Shown here: positions 35,205 through 41,772 of the stretch, piece after piece
How positions within the stretch are numbered: position 1 is the first letter of the stretch
Layout of the letters: each line of letters opens with the position of its first letter
From: an uncultured Gemmatimonadales bacterium
GTDB lineage: Bacteria; Gemmatimonadota; Gemmatimonadetes; JACCXV01; JAHWKZ01
NCBI GenBank assembly: GCA_964619975.1
Contig: CAZUIY010000042.1
Coordinates: forward strand, 278-64,277
Direction of reading: 5' to 3'
Length of the DNA stretch: 64,000 nt
Made by a program: the position numbers and the translations under genes
Notes under the pieces: generated by a model
Told to the model about the DNA's origin: nothing
Seen by the model: the letters and a program-made list of their open reading frames with translations, nothing else
Databases searched by the model: none

Positions 35205-37211
35205 TCAGAAACAGAGGTCAAACTGACCGACAGGGGTTTCAGCCAAAACAGGAAAAACAAGGCTCATTAGAACCGTGTTTACGCTGGTTCCTGACTCCTT
35301 GAACGTATCGGCTGGTAACACTTCCCAGCTTCCGCCTGCTGCCTCAACTATGGGCCGCAGCTGCGCGTTCTGGCGCGGCCCATTGGCGCATATTGCAACC
35401 AGTCGGCCTCCAGGCTTGAGCATGTCTATGGCTTTCGTGATGTGCTTTATGTCCACTGCGTTTTCAAAGGGCGGGTTCATGATTACCGCATCGAACTTGC
35501 CCAAATCGCCATTGCATTCCAGAAAGTCTGCCTGCTTTACCTCTCCTGCCAATCCTGACTTTTCGATGAGCGAAACGAGGGAATGATTTATTTCCACGGC
35601 CACAACATCAAGCGCGGTTTGACGTGCCGGGACGAAAGGGACCACTCCGGGCAAGGCTTCAAGAATCCGGCCTGTTCCAGCGCTTGGCTCCAGTACTCTG
35701 TTCCCTATTTCAAGCTGTGCCATGTCAACCATCCGGGCGGCAAGGTCAACCGGAGTAGGAAACAATTGAGGAGCGGAAACAACCTTAACGCCTCCGTTCT
35801 TTAGCTGGTCTTTCATTGCCTTGAATGCTGCCTCCTCGTGATCTGGTTCGCGCATCTTTACGGGTGCCGGGGCGGGAATTTCCTTTTTCACTTCAAACTT
35901 GACTGGCTCCGTTGCTTCTGGCGCGGGACGGTTAACCAATTTTGCATCTGTGATGAAAATCTGCGCTTGTTTGTAGCTTCCACCAGGCACAAATCCGATC
36001 CGATAACGATAGGCTCCATGTTCCTCTGTAGCCTGGACTCTCCTGATTACCTTGTAATCTGAATGTTTCCGTTTCCATTCTTCAGAAGTCATTTCTATGA
36101 ATCCTTCGCCGGGGATATTGACGATAGGGGCGAGCTTCGTAACTTTCTCCACCTTTGCGGCTTCTTCCTCGGTGGGGGCGCGGTAGTCTTTTACCTCTTC
36201 AATCCCGCGAACAGGGACATATCTGCAATTTGTTGTGACGCTGTTAACCTTTCCTCCGGTCTTGTTTACGCGTATAACAACCATCCATTCACCACGAACC
36301 AAAACACGGCCACCGGGTTTAATGTCAAATTTGGAATCCGCTAATCCGCCTTGCTCGACGAGCATTGCTTTTTCATACGCAATACGGTTGTTAAAATGGT
36401 TTAGCCAGCGTTCATGATGGGCTATGATGCGCGGATAGTATTTCTTTGCGTGCTCCACTACTTCTTCAACGGTACGTGGCGCATATGAGTTAGGGTATGA
36501 TCCGCTTAGGACGTCATAAGCGGATGGGGACATAATTAAGTCTTTCCGGTCCCCTTCTTTTCTAGGCAATGGGAGCCGCGAATATCCGGCAATAGCTAAC
36601 GCTTGCTCATGCGTCAAGTTCTCTCTGCTCCATAGCTTCAGATCCCGCTCTGCTTCTTTTATGTATTTTTCCTGCTTGCGCTTATCGGATTCCAAGCCCT
36701 TGATCCGGCGTGCGCGAACGTCCGGGCGCTCCTTGTACTTGGCGGCGCGGATTGCACCAGCTGCGCGGTATGTCCAATACTTGGACGTTTCCCACATCTT
36801 GACGGCTTTTTTCATGCCGTTTTCAATGCGTTCTGCGTCTTTTCTGGCGCGTTTCTCGCTGTGGTGGCCTACCAGGATAGGCTGACCGAGGGGGATATTG
36901 TCTGCGATGCCTGAGACAGCTTCGCGTACGCGGGTGGCGTCAGTGGCGCGTTTCTCGCTGTATTCCTCGAAACGGTCTGAGCGTTCTTCGGCGCGTTCGA
37001 CTAGGCTTTTGTCCTCGTCTTCGATTTCTCCGCACAATTCAATCAGGAGGTCTTCGCGGGCCGGGGTCCACATGGGGGCTACAAACAATTCTTGCTTTGG
37101 TGCCCACTTGAAACCAGCAGCTTTTACGCGGTCATATGTTTCGCGGTCAAGCCTGTTTGTTGAATAAAGCCGCAGCTTGTTGTCATCCGGCGAATATGTT
37201 GCGTTCATCAT
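35205..37211 (-). CDS. Large fusion protein: DUF3560-like N-terminal region plus a C-terminal gamma-class N6-adenine DNA methyltransferase
   Basis: The start MMNATY follows an AAGGAGA SD. Motif I reads VLEPSAGTGRIL and motif IV reads IMNPPFE. The N-terminus YSPDDNKLRLYSTNRLDRETYDRVKAAGFKWAP resembles plasmid and phage DUF3560 proteins. Confidence 0.8.
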   Translation of the reverse strand: MMNATYSPDDNKLRLYSTNRLDRETYDRVKAAGFKWAPKQELFVAPMWTPAREDLLIELCGEIEDEDKSLVERAEERSDRFEEYSEKRATDATRVREAVSGIADNIPLGQPILVGHHSEKRARKDAERIENGMKKAVKMWETSKYWTYRAAGAIRAAKYKERPDVRARRIKGLESDKRKQEKYIKEAERDLKLWSRENLTHEQALAIAGYSRLPLPRKEGDRKDLIMSPSAYDVLSGSYPNSYAPRTVEEVVEHAKKYYPRIIAHHERWLNHFNNRIAYEKAMLVEQGGLADSKFDIKPGGRVLVRGEWMVVIRVNKTGGKVNSVTTNCRYVPVRGIEEVKDYRAPTEEEAAKVEKVTKLAPIVNIPGEGFIEMTSEEWKRKHSDYKVIRRVQATEEHGAYRYRIGFVPGGSYKQAQIFITDAKLVNRPAPEATEPVKFEVKKEIPAPAPVKMREPDHEEAAFKAMKDQLKNGGVKVVSAPQLFPTPVDLAARMVDMAQLEIGNRVLEPSAGTGRILEALPGVVPFVPARQTALDVVAVEINHSLVSLIEKSGLAGEVKQADFLECNGDLGKFDAVIMNPPFENAVDIKHITKAIDMLKPGGRLVAICANGPRQNAQLRPIVEAAGGSWEVLPADTFKESGTSVNTVLMSLVFPVLAETPVGQFDLCF

Positions 37212-37484
37212 TTTTGATTCTCCTTGTGGTTTAGCTACATGAAGCACACTCTTTGGAATGCGCTTTAGGTAACTCGTACCTTGTTACATCTGCCAGCCTG
37301 AAGCGGCAGTTCCCCGCAAGCCCATTAGTGCGCTTGCTCCCTTGGACCTAGTAGGGTTGTCAACCCAGGCTTAACCCTGGTAGACCCTTTAAGGGACCGA
37401 CTAGCAATCCCCGACTAGGTATCGACTTTTGCGTTATTTCGCGCCCGGCTCGCATCAACCGTGTTTCGTTACTGCATGGTTCAC

Positions 37485-37513
37485 ATTGTGACACCAGCGA
37501 GACATTGTGTCAA
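37485..37513 (-). promoter_or_regulatory. Candidate sigma70 promoter for the methyltransferase operon (TTGACA-17-CACAAT)
   Basis: The -35 element is the reverse complement of 37508-37513 and the -10 element is the reverse complement of 37485-37490. ACATTGTG is repeated at 37483-37490 and 37502-37509. Confidence 0.4.
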
Positions 37514-37587
37514 GGGATGTTTATACAAGAATGCAACAAGAATGAAAAAATACTCACAAGTTTTTCTTGTTACTTGTGAATAAACCC

Positions 37588-37616
37588 TTGATTTTTACGG
37601 GGACCGCTTTTATAAT
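37588..37616 (+). promoter_or_regulatory. Near-consensus sigma70 promoter (TTGATT-17-TATAAT), candidate late promoter
   Basis: It was read directly. A -10-like TGTAAT lies at 37623-37628, just downstream. Confidence 0.6.
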
Positions 37617-37644
37617 GAAATTTGTAATGTCGAGAAATCACCCC

Positions 37645-37668
37645 AAAGCCGCCAACGCGGCTTTTTTT
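37645..37668 (+). terminator. Intrinsic terminator about 30-45 nt downstream of the candidate late promoter
   Basis: The stem is AAAGCCGC (37645-37652) paired with GCGGCTTT (37657-37664), with loop CAAC. A T7 run lies at 37662-37668. Confidence 0.7.
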
Positions 37669-37681
37669 GCGCCTATCGGAA

Positions 37682-38071
37682 ATGAATCCCTTGCTGCTTA
37701 AACCGGCAGTCATGGCTGCAATCCTCGCGGGCGTGGCGGTGGTGGCGTTTGTTGTCGGGTGGGCTGTGGAGAACTGGCGCAAGTCAGGCGCAATCGAGAA
37801 ACTGCGGGGAGAGAACGCTCTACTGGTCGCAGCTGGCGGAAAGTGCGCGATAGACGTAAAAAATACCCGGGCGGCGATGGAGGCGCTTGCGGATGCGGCG
37901 AACAGGCGGATACAGGAAGCCGAGGAAGCTATGCGCCAAGCTGAACCAGCGGCTCAGGAACGTTCTCAGACAATTCTGAGGATCAAAGCGTTGCCTCCGG
38001 TGCCGATAGATAAACAGTGTGAGGCGATCCAGGCGGAACAGGCTGCATATGTGGCAGAGAGGCGCAAGTGA
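37682..38071 (+). CDS. i-spanin-like protein (N-terminal TM segment plus periplasmic coiled coil)
   Basis: The ATG at 37682 gives MNPLLLKPAVMAAILAGVAVVAFVVGW. It is helical and charged, and is coupled to a lipoprotein gene. Confidence 0.45.
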   Translation: MNPLLLKPAVMAAILAGVAVVAFVVGWAVENWRKSGAIEKLRGENALLVAAGGKCAIDVKNTRAAMEALADAANRRIQEAEEAMRQAEPAAQERSQTILRIKALPPVPIDKQCEAIQAEQAAYVAERRK

Positions 38072-38340
38072 GACAGACGTGGATTATCCCGCTGGCTCTC
38101 GCCGGGTGCGCTCAGGCACCTGTGCAAACACAGGTGATCGAGAAACCGGTGCCGATTTACTGCCAAGTGCCAGTGCCCAAGGAATGCAAAGACAGTTACG
38201 CGGTTGACCGCGTGAGTCCAGCGGATGATCCGCTGGTTATCAATAGAGCAATGCGTATAGAGATCGAGGAGCGCGCACAGTGCGAAATCAAACTGCGGGC
38301 GGCATTGAAAGGTTGCAATACGACACACAAGGGCAGCTAG
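38068..38340 (+). CDS. o-spanin-like outer-membrane lipoprotein
   Basis: The GTG start overlaps the upstream stop. The lipobox reads LALAGC. It is 90 aa with several Cys residues. Confidence 0.45.
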   Translation: MRQTWIIPLALAGCAQAPVQTQVIEKPVPIYCQVPVPKECKDSYAVDRVSPADDPLVINRAMRIEIEERAQCEIKLRAALKGCNTTHKGS

Positions 38341-38489
38341 TGGCGCGACTGGTTAAAACCGGCTTCGGTGCCTGGGTACTATTGCCTGAACCTGATTTTC
38401 TGCCAGTGCGCGATGGGAAAGGCAAATTCGGATTGTGGGATTGCAAACAGAGGAAACAAGTGGAGTTTGCAAAGGCTGAAAACACATGA
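38340..38489 (+). CDS. Small hypothetical protein (49 aa from GTG 38340; the tabulated alternative starts at 38280)
   Basis: It is coupled to terS by an ATGA overlap. The start is uncertain. Confidence 0.35.
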   Translation: MARLVKTGFGAWVLLPEPDFLPVRDGKGKFGLWDCKQRKQVEFAKAENT

Positions 38490-38920
38490 GCAAACGGATT
38501 GCATACTCGGTTGAGTTGGCGGCGGAAATATGCGCACGTGTCGCAGGAGGCGAACCGCTGACCGCAATAACCAGAGATAAGGATATGCCGAGTTATGCAG
38601 CTGTGTGCAAATGGTTACTGGAACACAATGAATTCGTAGAGATATACGCGCGCGCGAAGGAAGATTGCGCTGACTACCTGGCTGATGATTTGGTGCGCAT
38701 ATCTGATGAGTATCCTGTTCTTGATCCTAATGGAAAACTGGATTCCGCCTGGGTCCAATGGCAGCGAAACCGAATCGATGTGCGTAAATGGACGGCGGCA
38801 AAACTCAAGCCGAGAAAATACGGTGATCGGATCACGAACACACACGAAGGCGGCGATCCTGACAAGCCGATCCTACAGAATATTACCGTGTCATTTATTG
38901 GCACAAATGAGACAAAATAG
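38486..38920 (+). CDS. terS: Terminase small subunit
   Basis: The N-terminal HTH-like block reads ELAAEICARVAGGEPLTAITRDKDMPSYAAVCKWL. EIYARAKEDCADYLADDL is typical of this TerS family. It lies upstream of terL. Confidence 0.7.
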   Translation: MSKRIAYSVELAAEICARVAGGEPLTAITRDKDMPSYAAVCKWLLEHNEFVEIYARAKEDCADYLADDLVRISDEYPVLDPNGKLDSAWVQWQRNRIDVRKWTAAKLKPRKYGDRITNTHEGGDPDKPILQNITVSFIGTNETK

Positions 38921-38967
38921 GGCGATTGCCTAAATATCGGGCGATTCTAAGGCGTTCTAAGCGATTA
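38921..38967. repeat. Direct repeats GGCGATTGCCTAA / GGCGATTCTAA / GGCGTTCTAA / GCGATTA immediately after terS
   Basis: They were read directly at 38921-38933, 38940-38950, 38951-38960 and 38961-38967. Confidence 0.6.
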
Positions 38968-39175
38968 TTTTTACCGGGTCAAGGGGATAGTGTGGGGCGA
39001 ATGTAGTTTATTCGTCTTTTTTATTGCCTGAGTGGGAGAAAGTCTCACTCTGCCGCCGAGACGATTAAACCGAAGTGGGAAACGAGGGATAAATCATGGG
39101 CTGGTTCCCGATACTGAAAAACGCGGTTCCACCGAGACGCTATAAGTAACCTGTCTATTTTGGGTACTCCCTAAC

Positions 39176-39261
39176 TTACACTGTTATTTGTGTAACAATA
39201 GTATTCTTTTTGGTCTTTTATTGACACTTTTGTTTTTAAGCGTAAGATGTAAATCTTACAC
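39176..39261. promoter_or_regulatory. res-like recombinase binding sites overlapping the recombinase promoter
   Basis: The dyad TTACAC-N8-GTGTAA lies at 39176-39195 and the dyad GTAAGAT-GTAA-ATCTTAC at 39242-39259. They share the half-site CTTACAC. The promoter TTGACA (39221-39226), 17 nt, TAAGAT (39244-39249) overlaps the second dyad. Confidence 0.5.
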
Positions 39262-39278
39262 AACAACAGGAGAAAGCA

Positions 39279-39866
39279 ATGAAAGGCCAAAAAGTGGGTT
39301 ACAAGCGGGTGAGTACGGTAGATCAGAGTGTGGAAAGGCAACTTGAGGGGATCGAACTTGACAGAGTATTTGTTGATAGCGCGAGTGGCAAGGATACAAA
39401 TAGGCCGGGACTGCAAGATGCGGTCAAGTACGTGCGCGAAGGCGATACTCTCATCGTCCATTCGATGGATAGGTTAGCCAGGAACGTCGAGGACATGCTT
39501 CGTCTGGTGCGTGAAATGAACGGGAAGGGCGTAACGGTGCAATTCATCAAAGAGAATATGAGTTTTGCCGCTGGCAAAGATGACCCACGGGCGCATTTGA
39601 TGTTTGCCATGCTGGGCGCATTTGCACAGTTTGAGCGAGCCTTGATTCGTGAGCGGCAGAGGGAAGGCATTGCTATAGCCAAGACCAAGGGAAAGTACAA
39701 GGGGCGTCCACCATCATTAAAAGCGGAACATATAGCAGGAATTCGGGAGCGGGTAGCTACGGGCGTGGCGAAATCCAAGGTTGCGAGGGAATTTAAGATA
39801 AGCCGGGAAACCGTTTACCGAATACTCAGGGCAGATGACAACAACACAAGCGCAATTCCCGGCTAA
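39279..39866 (+). CDS. Small serine recombinase (resolvase/invertase family, 195 aa)
   Basis: The catalytic N-terminus reads VGYKRVSTVDQSVERQ. DRLARN, FAQFERALIRERQREGI and a C-terminal HTH (KVAREFKISRETVYRIL) are present. Confidence 0.92.
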   Translation: MKGQKVGYKRVSTVDQSVERQLEGIELDRVFVDSASGKDTNRPGLQDAVKYVREGDTLIVHSMDRLARNVEDMLRLVREMNGKGVTVQFIKENMSFAAGKDDPRAHLMFAMLGAFAQFERALIRERQREGIAIAKTKGKYKGRPPSLKAEHIAGIRERVATGVAKSKVAREFKISRETVYRILRADDNNTSAIPG

Positions 39867-41088
39867 GCTCCAATTCCTTTTCGAGCCGCACCGCTATAAA
39901 GTTTTGTACGGCGGAAGAGGTGGAGCAAAGAGTTGGGGAGTAGCAAGAGCATTGTTGATCCAGGGGGCTTCGCGCCCCCTTCGCATTTTGTGCGCCCGGG
40001 AATTGCAGAACTCCATCGCGGAGTCCGTCCACCATCTGCTTCAGGATCAGATCGGCCAACTCGGGCTGGATGGATTCTACGAGATCCAGAACCAGTTGAT
40101 TACCGGGAAAAACGGGACTGAGTTCATATTCGCCGGGCTGCGGAACAACGTCACGCGCATCAAATCGTTCGAGGGCGTCGATGTGGTGTGGGTCGAGGAG
40201 GCGCAGACAGTCAGCAAGTCAAGCTGGGAGACCCTGATACCTACCATACGCCGGGAAGGCTCCGAAATCTGGATCACGTTCAACCCGGAACTTGAGACGG
40301 ACGAGACCTACCAGCGTTTTGTCGTCAAGCCACCCGAGAAAGCCAGGGTGGAAAAGGTCAACTGGGACGACAATCCATGGTTTCCGGAAATCCTGCGGCG
40401 AGAGAAGGACGAACTCAAAGAGCGCGATCCTGACTCGTACCGCAATATCTGGCTGGGTGAGTGCCGCTCATCGCTGGAAGGAGCCATCTACGCCAAGGAG
40501 TTGCGCCAGGCAGCAGACGATGGCCGGATCATGAATGTCCCATACGATGCGCTCAAGCCCGTCCACACGTTTTGGGACCTGGGCTGGGCCGACAATACCA
40601 GCATATGGTTCGCGCAGGCGGTGGGGCAGGAACTGCGGCTCATCGACTACTATGCAAACAGTCTGGAACCGCTACAGCACTATATCCAGGTGCTACAGAG
40701 CAAGGGGTATATCTATGGTATCGACTGGCTTCCGCACGATGCAAAGGCAAAATCTCTCAGTACGGGCAAATCGATCGAGGAGATTATGTTGGCACTGGGG
40801 CGAAAGGTGCAGATTTGCGCGAACTTGTCCTTGTACGACGGTATCCAGGCGGTTCGCTCCGTATTCGGACGCTGTTATTTTGACGAAACCCGATGCGCCG
40901 AAGGACTCCAAAGCTTGAGGCACTACCGCTATGACGTGGACCCTGAGAGCAAACAATTGTCTGGCCGCCCATTGCACGATATCCACAGCCATGCAGCCGA
41001 CGCATTCCGCTACTTTGCCATCTCGATTGGAGAGGACACGCCGAACATGACAGCGCGAGGTATCAAGATGGTCGGGTGGCGGGCGTGA
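39835..41088 (+). CDS. terL: Terminase large subunit
   Basis: The Walker A-like motif reads YGGRGGAKSWGVA. VVWVEEAQ is Walker B, and a C-terminal nuclease region is present. Its start overlaps the recombinase 3' end by 32 nt. Confidence 0.9.
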   Translation: MTTTQAQFPAKLQFLFEPHRYKVLYGGRGGAKSWGVARALLIQGASRPLRILCARELQNSIAESVHHLLQDQIGQLGLDGFYEIQNQLITGKNGTEFIFAGLRNNVTRIKSFEGVDVVWVEEAQTVSKSSWETLIPTIRREGSEIWITFNPELETDETYQRFVVKPPEKARVEKVNWDDNPWFPEILRREKDELKERDPDSYRNIWLGECRSSLEGAIYAKELRQAADDGRIMNVPYDALKPVHTFWDLGWADNTSIWFAQAVGQELRLIDYYANSLEPLQHYIQVLQSKGYIYGIDWLPHDAKAKSLSTGKSIEEIMLALGRKVQICANLSLYDGIQAVRSVFGRCYFDETRCAEGLQSLRHYRYDVDPESKQLSGRPLHDIHSHAADAFRYFAISIGEDTPNMTARGIKMVGWRA

Positions 41089-41714
41089 AGATAATGAACG
41101 CAACTCTCTTGCACATCGACTGCATGGAGTACATGGCAGGGTTACCGGACAAGGCGTTTGATTTGGCTATAGTTGACCCGCCTTATGGGATAGGCGCTGC
41201 GCTGGTAGTTGGTGGCACGTGGTCAGTTAAATACCAGAAAAAGGGTGTGGCGTGGGATGTTGCGCCCGATAAGTCTTATTTCATGGAGCTTCGACGGGTT
41301 AGCAAGAATCAGGTCGTATGGGGCGGCAATTACTTCGTTGAAAATATGCTGTCTTCGCGCGGTTTTATATGTTGGGTTAAGCCAAATATGTCCGGTATGC
41401 ACACGATGGCAGGCTGCGAGTTGGCGTTAACTTCATTCGATAAAAACGCCAAGGTGTACAACATTTCCAGCCAATCAAATGAACCTCGAATCCACGTAAC
41501 CCAGAAACCCATAAAACTGTATGAGCGGACGTTGGTGGATTTCGCCAAGCCCGGGCAGCGCATTCTTGACACTCATCTAGGCTCAGGTTCCAGCGCGATA
41601 GCTTGCAATAACCTTGGCTTTGAAATGGTGGGTTGTGAGTTGGATGATGATTACTACAGTGCGGCTTGCGCTCGCGTAGAGCAAGCAACCAGACAAGAAA
41701 GGTTGTTTGCTTGA
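41076..41714 (+). CDS. Beta-class DNA methyltransferase (N6A/N4C; DPPY before FxGxG)
   Basis: Motif IV reads IVDPPYGIG, followed by motif I DTHLGSGSSAIAC. The alternative start is the ATG at 41094. Confidence 0.88.
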   Translation: MAGVKIMNATLLHIDCMEYMAGLPDKAFDLAIVDPPYGIGAALVVGGTWSVKYQKKGVAWDVAPDKSYFMELRRVSKNQVVWGGNYFVENMLSSRGFICWVKPNMSGMHTMAGCELALTSFDKNAKVYNISSQSNEPRIHVTQKPIKLYERTLVDFAKPGQRILDTHLGSGSSAIACNNLGFEMVGCELDDDYYSAACARVEQATRQERLFA

Positions 41715-41772
41715 TGGAGCGCATTGCTGGTAATCGGGTATCCGCATACCCGGATGGCGGGCTGCATAGATA

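Noticed and set aside
37255-37440. The structured tract upstream of the methyltransferase, considered as an Frpo-like single-stranded-DNA promoter of a conjugative leading region.
   Set aside because: With the predicted nick orientation, the transferred strand is the minus strand. That is the sense strand of the methyltransferase gene, so it cannot serve as its template. The tract also lies about 30 kb from oriT. An RNA-level or dsDNA-level role is more likely.
39084-39140. A 17-codon mini-ORF (MGWFPILKNAVPPRRYK) and CCGAGACG direct repeats in the terS-recombinase spacer.
   Set aside because: It is too short, and there is no supporting evidence beyond a weak SD. It is kept only as part of the unexplained spacer.
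39279-39866. The serine recombinase, considered as the phage integrase.
   Set aside because: It is only 195 aa, with a resolvase/invertase-type C-terminal HTH. It lacks the large C-terminal domain of integrating serine recombinases, and a res-like site sits directly upstream.
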